Part shown: positions 12,905-25,130 of the stretch, piece after piece
Layout of the letters: each line of letters starts with the position of its first letter
Numbering within the stretch: the first letter of the stretch is position 1
DNA from: Stegostoma tigrinum
Lineage: Eukaryota
Direction of reading: 5' to 3'
Length of the DNA: 64,000 nt
Assembly: GCF_030684315.1 (NCBI RefSeq)
Contig: NC_081391.1
Coordinates: 1,612,001 to 1,676,000, forward strand
Position numbers and translations under genes: made by a program
The notes under the pieces: generated by a model
Told to the model about the DNA's origin: nothing
The model's database searches: none
Seen by the model: only the letters and a program-made list of their open reading frames with translations

Positions 12905-14925
12905 AGGACTGATCAGGCTTTGAAGAGATGTAAAGATTTATTGGAATAGTCTAGGTATTAATGTTATAAACGTGCTGAAGACACCAGAAAAGATTCCCCT
13001 GTGGCTGATCATGAAGGGCTCAGGCTGAATGTGATGGTGAAAGAATATTGTTTTGCAGTATGTTATTGTGATCTTGGGTCGAAGCAGGTGCAACAGCAAC
13101 TCCTGAAGTGGAAAAGTACTTAGCGAGGGAAAGAGCAGAGCGATGTCTGTCATGGGATGATTCAAAAGCACTCTCAGGATGGAGATGGTACAAGTGTGAT
13201 GGCTTAGTGACCCTTCTGTTAGCACTCATGTGTGCTGGTCTGCTTTGTTATCTTGAGAGGAGGCTAATTCTGGGAGATGACAATTGAAAATAAACTTTCC
13301 CAATTAGTCTGTGATGGGGACCTCTCCTTGCATCCTTGACTGGATCCAATTGGCACTGACCATTGGGGAGTTGGTGAGGAGGAGCAGAGAAATGGTAGAG
13401 TCCCAGGGTGGAGGCCATGAGGTGAGAACCCTGGAAATGTAACAGCAAGGACCCTGAGGATGGTGTGATCCACTCTGGCAGGAAGTGAACACCAGGTAGT
13501 GGTGAGGCTTAGAATGGTTTCACTACATAGTACATGTTCCCTACAGTGATCGGCTAATTGTGTCTCTCAATACAGAACTGTAACAGTGCAGAAAGATGCC
13601 ATTCAGCTCAAAAATAACCTTCAAGCATCACACTTTGCTATCTGCCAATGTTGGACCATCTTGACCAATATTCCGTGCAAGAACTTTTGTCAGCAATCTT
13701 GCCAAGGCCAATGTAGATTACATCCACTGCGCTATACCCATCCATCAATCTAGTCACCCTCTCTCAATTCAATCAAACCTGTCAGATGTGATCTCCCCCT
13801 CCTGATAATGTCAAGCTAACTATCTATGATTAATCCATGCCTCTCCAAGTGGATATTAATTCTGTCCCTCAAGCTTTTCCAATGGTTTCCCCACCTATGT
13901 TAGACTCTCAGGCCTCTGTACTCTGGTTTATCCCTAACATTGTTATCGAATAATGGTACTATTTTAGCTGTTCTCCAATCATCTGGCATCCTTCCTGTGT
14001 CCAGGGGGAATTAAAACATTCATGCAATCTCCTTCCTTGCCTCCTGCAGCAGTCTTTGGATGCAACTTATCTGGGCTTGGGTATTTATCCAATTTTAAGG
14101 CCTCTAACGCCGCTCTCTCAATGCTAATTCATTTAGGTAAATCACTGCCCCCTTCCCCAATTTCTATATCTGCATTGTCCTTCTATTGTAAATACAGATG
14201 CAAAGTACTGATTTTAAAACCTCAAACAATGCCTTCCAGATCCACGCAGATTGACACTTCAGCACTTCATGAATATATGGAAGTCCCTAGTTCCCTGAAA
14301 GTGGCAACACAAGTGGATACGGTGAAAACAGTGGCAGGTGGCATGTTTGCCTTCATTGGCCAGGGCATGGAGTATATAAGTTGGCAAGTCATGTTGCAGC
14401 TGTATAAGACTTTTTAGTTAGGCCAGGGAGTATTGTGTGCAGTTCTGACCACCACAGTTTAAGAAAGATGTCAAGGCTTTGGAGAGGGTGCAAAAGAGAT
14501 TTACCAGGATGTGGCCTGATTGGAGTGGAAAGTTTTGGATAAACTTGGTTTGTTTTTGCTAGAGTGTTGGAGGGCTGAAGGACAACCTTGTGGCAGTATA
14601 TAGAATTGAGAGACATGGATAGGGTGGCAGCTTGGAGTCTTTTTTGTGGGTGGAAATGTCAAATGTTAGGGGTGCATTGGTTTTTTTTGTGAGGGGAAAG
14701 GTTTAAAGGAGATTGACAGGTTGATCGGTGCCTGGAATGTATTGATGGGGAGGAGATAGAAACAGCTATGATAGCAATGTTTAAGAGGCATTTAGACACT
14801 TGAACAGCCAAGAAATAAAAAGATATGGACCACATGCAGGCAGATGGAATCAGTTTAGAATGGCATGGTCAGAACCGATGTGGTTGGCCAGCGAGCCTGT
14901 TCCTGTGCTGTACTGACTAATGTTC
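12905..14925. mobile_element. CR1-like fragments: minus strand about 12905-14260, plus-strand 3' end about 14270-14925
   Basis: tgtgtgcagttctg..ggagagggtgcaaaagagatttaccagg (CVQF..LERVQKRFTR) on plus; endonuclease and RT remnants on minus. Confidence 0.65.
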
Positions 14926-15613
14926 ATGGGCCCCACTTCTTTTTTCCCTTTGCTTCTCCAGTTGTCTCTTACTTACTTACAAGCTACCCTTTTGAATTTT
15001 CCTGTTTTACCTCAGTTTTTTTATGACTTTTTTTTTTGCTTTCCCAATTTTTAAAGTAACCCTGACTATACCAATTTCAGTATGCTGTAAGAGGTTCTGG
15101 AGCCCTGAGCCATTGGTATCTAAAAGTATCTCTTCACTTTTTTCCTTTTTATCTAATTTTGTACATTCCTCAATATTCAATGTTCTCTGGAATTTTTGGT
15201 TCTATCATTTACCTTCGCAGTAACATGTTGGCTCTGGACTTTTCTCCTTCTCTTTTTGAAAGACTTCTAGTCAGGTTTTTCCTGCGAGTACGTGTTCCTG
15301 GTTCACTTTGGCCAGATCTCACTTTTGCTGTACTTGCAGTATTCTTGCATTAAAATAATTTCCATCCAACCTTGCTAAGCTCCCTTGTGCTTTAACTTGA
15401 TAATGTACACTGTCAGCCAGACTGACTTTTTTTGTTCTTCTATGTTTATCTGTGCATCACCAACCAGTGCACAATTCATTGTACTCCCACTGTATTCTAC
15501 TTCCTGACTAATTACTTGAAACCCTCACCACAGCATTAGCTCTTGCATGCTGTGCACACTTTGTAGTTCCATTGCACCCCATTGGACTTTAGAAGTGGGA
15601 CCTGACCAGAAAC

Positions 15614-15920
15614 GGGGCAGCATGGTGGCTCAGTGGTTAGCACTGCTGACTCACCGCACCAGGGGCTTGGGTTTGATTCCACCCTCTGGCGCCTGTCTGT
15701 GTGGAGTTTGCACATTCTCTCATATCTGTGTGGGTTTCCTCCCCAGGTGCTTCAGTTTCCTCCCTCAGTCCAGAGATGTGTAGATTGCTTATGCAAAATT
15801 GCCCATAGTGTTCAGGAATGTGTAGATCAGGTGGCTTATAGAGGGAACGGTCTGGGTGGGAAGCTCTGTGGGTCGGTGGACTTGTTAGGCTGAGGAGCCT
15901 GTTTCCACGCTGTAGGTATT
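15614..15920 (+). mobile_element. tRNA-derived SINE (HE1-like)
   Basis: ggggcagcatggtggctcagtggttagcactgc...tgtgtggagtttgcacattctc...gcctgtttccacgctgtagg. Confidence 0.85.
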
Positions 15921-18235
15921 TTAAGTCTAAGAAAGGAACCCAGTGATCCAAGAATCTAAAGCCTTCTCTTCTACTCCAACTCTTCAGCTATGCATTCATC
16001 AGCTCTGTGGACCTACTCCTTTATTCACAATCCAGAAATTACAATTTTTTTTTCCTGAAGAAGGGTCCAAACCTGAAACATTAGCCTTTCAGCTCCTCTG
16101 ATGCTGGTTGGCCTGCTGTGTTCATCCAGCTTTACGCCTTGTTATCACTTATTACAATCTTTGTGCTTCTTTTCAATCTGCGCTTCACTCCCTAAAGTCT
16201 TGTTGTACACCTCTGACTATTTATTTGACATTGAACAGCTGCAGGGCATCCCCAGTGCCATCCTTCACCCTCCTCCCAGGCCCTAACACCATCCTAGTGT
16301 CATGTTTCAATTGTAGAAGTGCCTGCCCTTACAGTCCTGAGTTTTCTATTATTATAACTCTTCCTTTCTGTCTGTTCCCTTTATACTCTCTCTCACTGTC
16401 TCTCTCTTGCCCCCTGTTACCCTCCCACTTTGTTGAGGGTGTGGGGAGGTCTGTATGTGTTGGGAGGGGGACAGTGTTGCTCTCACTATTTTCAAAAATG
16501 CATAAACTGTCATAGTCATAGAGGTACACAGCATGGCTCAATTTGTCAATTCTGATCAGGTTTCCTAAACTGTACTAGTCCCATTTGCCTGTATTTGGCT
16601 CATGTTCCTCTAAAACTTCCTATCGGTGCTTGTACGATGCCTTTTTTTAAATGTTGAAATTATTCTTGTCTCTACGGCTTCCTCTGGCAGCTTGTTCCAT
16701 ACATTGTCTGCCTGCAATGTGAAAAAGTTATCCTTCTGGTCCCTTTTTAAATTCCACCCCACCCCCCCACCCCCCCCCCCCCCCCCCCCCCCTCCATAAA
16801 CCTATGCTTTTGGATGACTCTACCTTGGCTATTCACCCTCCTGATTATATAAATAAATCCAAGGTCACCCCTCAGGTCAGATGCTCCCAGGGGACTAAAG
16901 TCCCGGTCTATTCAGCCTGCACTTAAATTTGAATCTTTCAGTCTCGCAATCTCTCAATCTTGTAAGATGCTCTCTGAACTTTCCTGAATGCCAGCTTGGC
17001 TGCCTCCACCCACTTTCATGAAATTTCTTTCTGGTGACAGTCCATTTAGCTGCAGAGTGACCTTGTCTTTAAAGCGTTCTCCCTTCTTAATTCAGCCTCA
17101 CAGAAACACTGCTGTGCCTGGTGGATGTAGTCAACCTGTAGATGTGATCATTCAGACATACTGCAGGCCATTCAAACTGGGACTGAGCTCCCCTATCATA
17201 CCTCTGCTTTTCAAAACAAGACTCCTCGTAAATGTAAGTAGAAAATCCTTTTTATTTTGAAAGGAAGCTAAGACTATTAAAGCAACTTTTTAAAATGGGC
17301 AAAAACAACCTACCAGTGAGTTAATGGTGTGGAGCTGAACGAACATTGCAGGCCAGGCAGCATCAGAGGAGCAGGAAGCTGACATTTCAGGTTGGCACCT
17401 CCCTTCAGTTCACTGTTTTTGCACCGTTGTCACTTTCTCCAGGCTCGATTCTGTTGGGGTTTAGCAGCTGCTCAGTATGGACCCTACTACAGGCTTTTGT
17501 TGGGAAGCTCTGATGCCGCAGTTTACCCCCAAATTGGTTCTGCTGTAACTGGTTCATCCTCCAGCGGATTTGTAGACAAGAAAACTCTACCTTTTTTGTA
17601 ACCTTGTGATCTTCCTGTTTTTCGGGCTTGAAACCATCTTAATGTAGGTCAGTAATTTACAGGAATTTTATTGCCGTTTATCAGCATGTAGAGTGGTCAT
17701 ACTGGATGAAGGGAGTTAACCTGTGTTTCCACTCATTTTGATCTTAGTAATGAGAACTTGTTGTCTATAAAGTGGTTGTTCTTTGCTGATAGTTGGCCGA
17801 GAGATTTACTTCAAGTTTTTTTTTCTTAACCTTTTTCTTCTCTTGGCATGAAGGGTGATGTGGAACAAAGAGGTTTAGTCATTTTGCTGATATTTGGAGG
17901 GCCATAGCTGCCCTGCACCTGCAGCTTGCTACAAATTTAAGGGCTGTTTTGGCAATCTTTCCTTAACTCTCTCTGCAACAATTTCAAAGTAACAATCCCA
18001 CACTTCAAAATAGCAACATTGTCTTCCACAGCTAAAAACGTGCACCATGTGATTTTTACCAAGTTGCAAAACTCTCCAGACATTCTGCCTACGGCAGCCT
18101 GACTTCCATTTCAGTTTTTACTTCAAAACAAGAGTATCTGGTGCCTTTTAGTGTGCATTTTGTCAGTTGAAAGGTAGTTTGTTTGTGTAAAGTGCTATAG
18201 CAAGGCAGTTTCTTGGAGGTGTTTTAATGATTGAT

Positions 18236-18253
18236 GTTTTCTCTCTGGTTTAG
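18236..18253 (+). promoter_or_regulatory. Splice acceptor of the MGAT3 coding exon
   Basis: ttttctctctggtttag|G ATG AAG: pyrimidine tract plus AG one base before the start codon, the arrangement I recall for mammalian MGAT3. Confidence 0.85.
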
Positions 18254-18254
18254 G

Positions 18255-19769
18255 ATGAAGATGCGCCGACGCCGTGTGGTTCTGGTTCTGTGTATGGCAG
18301 GACTATGTCTTATTTCTTTCATGCACTTCCTCAAAGCCCTGTCCTACATCACATTTTCCCATGAGCTGTCTGCCTTCAGCCCTTCACTCCGGTCCATCTT
18401 CGTCAACTCTCAGTTCTTCTGGAAACCGAATACTGCGGTGAATGTAAATACTAGCCCTGGGCTACCCATCACTGTGAAAGCTCAGAATGGAGCCCGCCCA
18501 CCATTACACAGAGCCCTGTTTGAACTGAAAGATGATGAGACAAAGTACTTCGTACAAACCAAAGCAGGAGCCATTTGTTTTAAGCAAGGCACCAAGATGG
18601 CGGCAGCATCCGTGGACGGTGCAGTTGACTGGGACCACAATGCAATGGACAAGCAGTTGGCACAGAAGGCAAACAGGGGTTTTAGTGGCAGGCCTAGGCG
18701 CAGGTGGGTGGGATGCCCTTGTCTCCCAGGCTGGCATGGGCCCTATTGTGGGGTGCCCACCATGGTCCAGTATTCCAATCTGCCAACAAAAGAGCGTCTG
18801 AGCCCACGACCGATGCCTCGCAGGGTGATCAATGCCGTTAACATCAACCATGAGTTTGATCTGTTGGATGTCCGGTTTCACGAGTTGGGCGATGTGGTTG
18901 ATATCTTCATAATCTGTGAGTCCAACTTTACTGCCTTTGGGGAGCCCAAGCCCCTGAAATTCATAGAGATGCTGCAAAATGGGACGTACAGTTACATGGG
19001 CAACAAGATCCTATACGTGTTCCTGGACCATTTTCCCAGTGGAGGGAGGCAGGATGGCTGGATCGCTGATGATTACTTAAGGACCTTCCTGACCCAGAAT
19101 GGTATGAGTCGGATTATCAATTTACGGGATGATGATATCTTCCTCATAAATGATGCTGATGAGATTCCAGCTCACGATGGTGTGCTGTTCCTCAAACTCT
19201 TTGATGGTTGGACTGAACCCTTTGCCTTCCATCTGCGGAAGTCACTGTATGGTTTTTTCTGGAAGCAGCCAGGGAGCCTGGAAGTGATATCAGGTTGTAC
19301 TGTGGCCATGCTCTTCATGGTTTACAATGGAGATGGGATTAAATTGCGGCGGCGGGAATACTATTTGATGCCAAACTTCCGGCTGTATGAGAACAGCACT
19401 GGACATATCCTGGTGCCCTGGGCAGTAGGTAGTCCCCTTCACTTTGCAGGCTGGCACTGTTCCTGGTGCTTCAAACCTGAAGGTATCCGCTACAAGCTGC
19501 TGTCTGCACAGAACGGAGACTTCCCCCGCTGGGGGAATTACCAAGAGAAAAGAGATCTGAACTACATTCGAGAGTTGATTCAGACAGGTGGCTGGTTTGA
19601 TGGCACTGAGCAAGATTACCCTCCTGCAGACCCCAAAGAACACATGTACGCTCCAAAGTACCTGCTGCAAAACTTTGACAAGTATCGATACATCTTGGAG
19701 AATCCATACAGGAAGGACAACTGGGACCAGGAAGCTGCAATGTACAATCAGACTGGGAAGATTACATAG
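18255..19769 (+). CDS. MGAT3: Beta-1,4-mannosyl-glycoprotein 4-beta-N-acetylglucosaminyltransferase (GnT-III, GT17 family), 504 aa, single coding exon
   Basis: Intact ORF starting MKMRRRRVVLVLCMAGLCLISFMHF (type II signal anchor, matches the vertebrate MGAT3 N-terminus). It contains CPCLPGWHGPYCG, RRVINAVNINHEFDLLDVRFHEL, NDADEIP (DxD) and FAGWHCSWCF. The true ATG is 18255, directly after a pyrimidine tract and AG acceptor (AG 18252-18253). TAG at 19767-19769. Confidence 0.97.
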   Translation: MKMRRRRVVLVLCMAGLCLISFMHFLKALSYITFSHELSAFSPSLRSIFVNSQFFWKPNTAVNVNTSPGLPITVKAQNGARPPLHRALFELKDDETKYFVQTKAGAICFKQGTKMAAASVDGAVDWDHNAMDKQLAQKANRGFSGRPRRRWVGCPCLPGWHGPYCGVPTMVQYSNLPTKERLSPRPMPRRVINAVNINHEFDLLDVRFHELGDVVDIFIICESNFTAFGEPKPLKFIEMLQNGTYSYMGNKILYVFLDHFPSGGRQDGWIADDYLRTFLTQNGMSRIINLRDDDIFLINDADEIPAHDGVLFLKLFDGWTEPFAFHLRKSLYGFFWKQPGSLEVISGCTVAMLFMVYNGDGIKLRRREYYLMPNFRLYENSTGHILVPWAVGSPLHFAGWHCSWCFKPEGIRYKLLSAQNGDFPRWGNYQEKRDLNYIRELIQTGGWFDGTEQDYPPADPKEHMYAPKYLLQNFDKYRYILENPYRKDNWDQEAAMYNQTGKIT

Positions 19770-21970
19770 TGACCACTGGCAGTGATCCCCACCTGCCCAG
19801 CAGAGGGGCTGAGTGACTGCGTGCAGCATCTACTGTCTGGGATTTTGCCACTACTGGAACTCCTTGTGCTGTGTTTCTGACTCAGTTAGCTATGACACCA
19901 GCACCCCTTTCCTCACCACATTTGCCATCTTGATTTTCTTTTCTTGCGAAATTTTCAGCTTGGGGCAAAAATGGTTTCTATTCAGATTCTGATTTTAAGA
20001 TTTCTTTCGAGTACTAAACTCACTTCTATTCTCTTCCCTGCCTCCTAAGGAGTTGTGAGAAATGAAGTGCAGTGCACTGTGACAGGGCAGCGTGAATCCC
20101 AACTGTCCATTGCTGGTTGAAGACCAGTGACAGTCTGCGGGTTTGGATAGACTGAGCTGCGCCTTGGCTCCTGTGTCATGTGAAGGAGTCGAATGTATGT
20201 TTTTGTTGTAAATACAATTGCTGCTGGGTTAGAGAGGGGTATGAAATATTCACTGGTGATGGGAAGGACTACGCCATGGCCTGTTCCTGCTGAAACCAGC
20301 TGTCTAACCCAAGTGTAAGAGCTCTTGGCCACAAAACTACTGAAGTGTGCTCCTACATAGGGAAATGGGAGGACAGAGTGGTGCATTCATGTGCCTGCTG
20401 CCCTTGGCCTGGCCCTGCCTCTGCCCCTGCCCTCCCCAGGTAGAATTCCATTTGTGATCTGCCCAGTATAAAGTTAGTGAGTGATCTCTTGGTATCTAAA
20501 AGCTCCCTTGGTCTTGTTGGAGAGATGAGAGCGTTTTAGCCAGGAGCTACTTTGGGACAGGCCAGAGCTACTTCCAAATCGCAACCACATCTTGCTCTTG
20601 GCCAATCACAAGGAAGGATGATGAGGCCCACAGTGCCATGTGCTGTACTTGCAGCTGTTACCAAATCCCAGCTTCCTCAGTCAGTCTCCCTGCAGCACCA
20701 GTGATGAGCTACCAAGTGACTGTATCTCACTGGTCAGCACATTATCAAGACCATGGTGAGTAGGGCATATACAGGTAATAGTCCAGGAACATGGATGTGC
20801 AGCACTGGAGTCAGGATAGGAGCTACACCCTGGGCCAAGGTGTTGTCTCCAGAGGAAGTCATCCTCCTCCCAACAGGAGGAAGTTGAACAAATCTGGAGA
20901 CTCCCTTTTCTTTTGTTAATTACTTAAAGGATCAAATTCTGCTCACCTGGTGCGCCCTAGAGGTATACAGCTAGTCTGCAAATATTCACGTGCTGAGACC
21001 TTTGGATTTCTGGAATTTGTCTGTTGCGTTTGTTTTGAAGTGTTGTACACTGCAGCTGATTTTTGCTCTGTTTTGAATGGGGAGGTGTTCTGAAAGGGTT
21101 TTTTTTCCCAGCTGCTTTTCTGTGTAAAATCTTGGAAATTGAAGTTTGTGAAACTTTTTTTTAAAACTGTTTTGTTTGGGAATTAACCACTGGCATTCAA
21201 TTCACAGACAATGCATATACTTCTCTGGTTTGTCCATTGCTCCTGCACTGAAGGAACTAACCACTGGCCTGCCCTCCCTCCCATCCCTGCAATGCAACTC
21301 CTGGCACAGGCTGCACCACTTGGCCCATGTTCTCCAGCTCAATATGCTGGAGGGGAAGAAGAGAATGGAATCTGACCAAGTTGTCAGTCTTTGCTCTCTC
21401 ACACCCTCTTGTCAGTCGTGGTCTAAAACTTGCTGCAAAGCTGTGTTGGCAGGGTGTGGAGGAAGGCCTGCAATATAAAAGGGATGGGGATTGCACTGAT
21501 CTCAGTTGAGAGCTTCACTCCCTGAGCTGCTTCTGAAGCTTTACCTTGTGCCATTCTAAGTTTGCTGAATCAGACTGTCAGATAATGGTAGGTCTGTGGG
21601 TGGTCCCATTTTGTGTAGCCTTGGTTTCTGAAGTAGCTAGCAGCTTGAAATCAAAATCCATCCCCTGTTATACTGAATAGGAAAACTGGCCTAGACATTG
21701 GATTGTGACTCTGTAAATGTCCACCCTCTGTCCTGAGAGCACTGCCACCTACCTGGCCCTCCCAGATGCCCTCCAGACCTTCCAGATGCCTGTATATTCT
21801 CTCCCTACACCCAGTCACCAGCCCAGGCAATCTCTCCCACTTGAGGACAGGTGCAAAGGAGGCCTTTGTGGGTGCAGAATGTGGGCTCTTGCTGAATAGA
21901 CTAAATCTTCACTGTACCTTTAATAAAATAAAAATGCTTTAAGCACTTATCAATACGTTTAATTAAAATG
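19770..21970 (+). other. MGAT3: Probable MGAT3 3'UTR (~2.2 kb)
   Basis: Stretch with no recognisable transposon between the stop codon and the first strong polyadenylation signal cluster. Confidence 0.65.
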
Positions 21971-21975
21971 TGTGT
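21922..21975 (+). terminator. Polyadenylation signal cluster for MGAT3
   Basis: Overlapping AATAAA hexamers (21922-21927, 21927-21932), ATTAAA (21962-21967) and a downstream GT-rich tract (tgtgtgt). Confidence 0.7.
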
Positions 21976-23389
21976 AGCAATTTGTTGGTCCAGGTTTCAT
22001 TGTGTGGAGGGGAGGTGGAAGCTACTCGGCTAAAGGAGGACTGTGCTCGCTATGTCAGGTTAACTTGCTTCACCCCTGAGGTTTAATCTCACTGTGATCT
22101 TCTGCCTGCCTTTAGTGAGTAAATACAAGGCTTAACAAATCTAAACTCTGACTGACTTGCCCCATCTCTCCTATATCTGGGTGTTGATGTTCCCAAACAA
22201 TGAGAGCTGGCTTGTATGGTGTCTGTGATCTGTCTAACTTTGTTTTATATTGATTTGGAAGGGCATTTTAAGGTATTGAGAGAAGCAGCTTGTATTTCCC
22301 CTGGATCAGTTCACATCAGATGCCTGGAAGTCCTTTATTCTCCCAAACCCAATCACCCTGGTTCTTGAATGAAGTCTTTTAACAGTCAAATGTTTGCTTC
22401 TTTAGGAAAAGACCATTCCCTCAACCCCCACTGCTCTTTCCCAGTGACCAGCAGTCTGAAAGTGTCAAAGCATAGGGGTCTATTCAACCTTTGAGTCCTG
22501 TGGGCATGTGATGTTATGGCCTCCTGTGTGGTTGGATTCTCTGATCCTGGTCAGTGTGCCATTATATGTAGCCTGCTTGATTACAAACTAGAAGATTGAA
22601 TCAAGTGCTGCAGCTCTCAACATTCATCATCCCTGCACCAACATTCGTGTCTTGGTCAAGAGGGAATACCGAAACAAGTTCCTGTACGGTTGAGGTGAAT
22701 TTCTAATGGTGTTTCCTGGATCTCCCTTAAAAATCTCCTTGCCTCCAGAGTGAACTGTCAGCCTAGAGGTGGGTGGGTGAATGATTTTGTTACACTCCCA
22801 CAAAATTGTATAGAGGAAGTGGGCTGTCGCCTCAATTTCATAATCTGACCCCGGTGTCCAACCTGAGCCTAGGTTTTTTTCAGCAGGGGGAACATTCAAT
22901 TAATTTATTTAGAACTGGTCTTTCCCTGAGAAATCCACACTGATTATTCTTGACTAACCTAGGCCTTGCTGAGAGCAAGCTTATCTCATGTCTCACCGAT
23001 TTGTAGTAATATCTGGGGCCTGATATTGCTGCCATATCTATACAGCCTGAATTCAATGTCTGACTCTGCCAGCTTGACGGAGTGGAGATGGAGACTGCTC
23101 CGTGCAATTCTGATTACAGCTTATTGCAAGAAAGAGGAGTGAAGGATGGAATAAAGTTGTTGGATATTTTCCTGTTTTTGTTCTACTAATGGAGGCTAAA
23201 GACTAGCCATGTGTTTGTTTGACGATATTGTGGCTCAAGATTGAGGTCTAAAGTGAGGATTCAAGTTTGAAGATGGTTTTTTTTGAGTGGAGCGGGGAGC
23301 AAGTGGTTGTTCAAAGACTTACTTGGTAAGTTAATCCAACCTCAAATAGAAACACATTCTGAATTGGGATAGGAGGGCATTCCAATTGC

Positions 23390-25130
23390 AGTAAGTCACT
23401 TTCTGATTCATGTGCTGGAGGATTGTGAAAGCTCTGCCACTTTGTTTTCAAACCTGAATAATTGTAAGCCAGTCAGCCTGACCTCCAGAGTGGGGGGGAG
23501 GAAGATTATTAGAATCCAGTGAGACATGAGATAAGCTTGCTCTCAGCAAGGCATGGATTAATCAATAATAACCTTAAGGAAAGATCAGTTCTAATTAAAG
23601 TGAATATTGAGGAAAAGTGAAGAAGGAAATATTAGGGCAGTGGAAATATGATCTACATGGATTTTAATAAGACAACTGACAATGGTAAATGTTTTTCAAA
23701 AACAATGAAAGCCCATGGGATACGAGATGATTTTACCCAAGTATCTTGGCTCGGTGACAAGAAACCACAATTGTTGATGGGTGTTCTTGCAACAGGATGG
23801 CCGTTTCCAGTGGCATTCTACAGGAAACAATCCAAGGTCCCCTGCTTTTTGTGGTATGTATCAATTTTGTGCGTGTGCGTGCATGCATGCGAGGTTCAGC
23901 CTATTGAGTCTGCTTACTGAGATCATGCTGCACTGATAATCCTTGACTCTATTTTACTTGACTTTCCTACCTTTTCTCTATAACACTTGATTGCCTTAGT
24001 GAATAAAGTACATTTCAAGGTAGTGGTGAATTTTTAATGACCCATCGTTAATTGCCTTATTGTAAAGAATTTCACAGATTCTCCACCTTCAAAGAAATTT
24101 CCCAGCTCATCTGACTTAATCTCAGAGTAGGAGAAACACATTTATGCCCTTTAATTCCACAAGGAGAAGCCACTTTCCACATCTGCCCTGTAAGAATTAA
24201 GTATGTTTCAATAGTTACCCCTCATTCTTCTGTATTCTAGGTACAGGCCCAATCTGCTCAGCTTCTCTTCATGATGATTACTTCACAGCTGGAATCAACC
24301 TAGGCTGGAAGTCACGTGACACTAGTTATAGTCCAATAGGTTCATTTGAAATCACAAGCTTTTGGAGTGCTGATCCTTTGTCAGGATTTTACTACCAGTA
24401 AATCTGTTGGACTATAAACCTGATGTCATGTGACTTTTGACCTTGTCTATACCAGTCCAACATGGCTCCTCCACATCATGGAATCAGCCTACTAAGCCTT
24501 TTCAGGACTTCTGCCAATGCTGGCAGATATTTACCCTTTTCAGATAAGGGGGCCCAAAACTGTTTGTGGTATTCTACCTATGGTGTGCAGGGAACAGTGC
24601 TATATCCTACAAAATGATATTGATGGATAGGTCATGTGTGCAAAAAATGTCAATTGGATTTCAGCTCGGAGAAGTGAGTTGATGCACTTGGGAGATCAAA
24701 CAAGGCAAAAGAATCCACGATTAGTGGGAGAATGTGGGTGAAGAGAAATTGAGGGTAATAGGATAGGTTGGTGAGGTGTCTAATGAATAAGGAATTTTTT
24801 TCAAAACTTATGCACATACAGAGTAGAAAAGCTAGGAGTTAATGCTAGAACTATATTAGAACTGCTCAAAATATGTTGCCAGGGCTGGGATAATGCAGTT
24901 ATGAGGAAAAAACTAAGCAGGTTGGTGTTCTCCCAGGAGCCGAGGAGAGATTGTTGGCAACGTATAAAATGTTAGGAGCCTATTTACCTCAGCAGAGGGG
25001 TAGTGACAACGGAAATAGATTTTAAAGCAATCTGCAGAAAGTTAAAAACCTTTTTCTTCAAAGGATGATAGTGGTCTGGAGCTCATTGCCTGACACAGCC
25101 GTAGAAGCAAAATTTTCCAGCTTGTGGACT
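23390..25130. mobile_element. Decayed CR1-like LINE with nested fragments
   Basis: IYMDFNK motif in ORF 23648, continuing near 24590 after a minus-strand CR1 tail and the 24303 element. Confidence 0.6.
24303..24478. mobile_element. Palindromic short element of another Penelope-like family, with target-site duplication
   Basis: Inverted arms aagtcacgtgacac..ttatagtccaa and ttggactataa..tgtcatgtgactt. Degenerate minus-strand hammerhead with an AAGCTT palindrome. TGGAATCA(A/G)CCTA at 24290-24302 and 24479-24491. Confidence 0.7.

Noticed and set aside
16756-16794. Poly-C/poly-G runs (also 39-72, 5765-5785, 25165-25189) as functional G-quadruplexes
   Set aside because: Homopolymer expansions within or next to decayed repeats, with no supporting context and error-prone length.
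17130-17245. Possible MGAT3 5' non-coding exon (GTAAGT donor-like site)
   Set aside because: No CpG island or clear acceptor; cannot be supported without transcript data.
18231-18254. Upstream extension of the MGAT3 ORF (512 aa in the ORF track)
   Set aside because: It starts at TTG and lies in the intron's pyrimidine tract before the AG acceptor; homology begins at ATG 18255.
18504-19829. Antisense ORFs of 157 and 179 aa overlapping MGAT3
   Set aside because: Expected shadows of a GC-rich coding strand, with no recognisable motifs.
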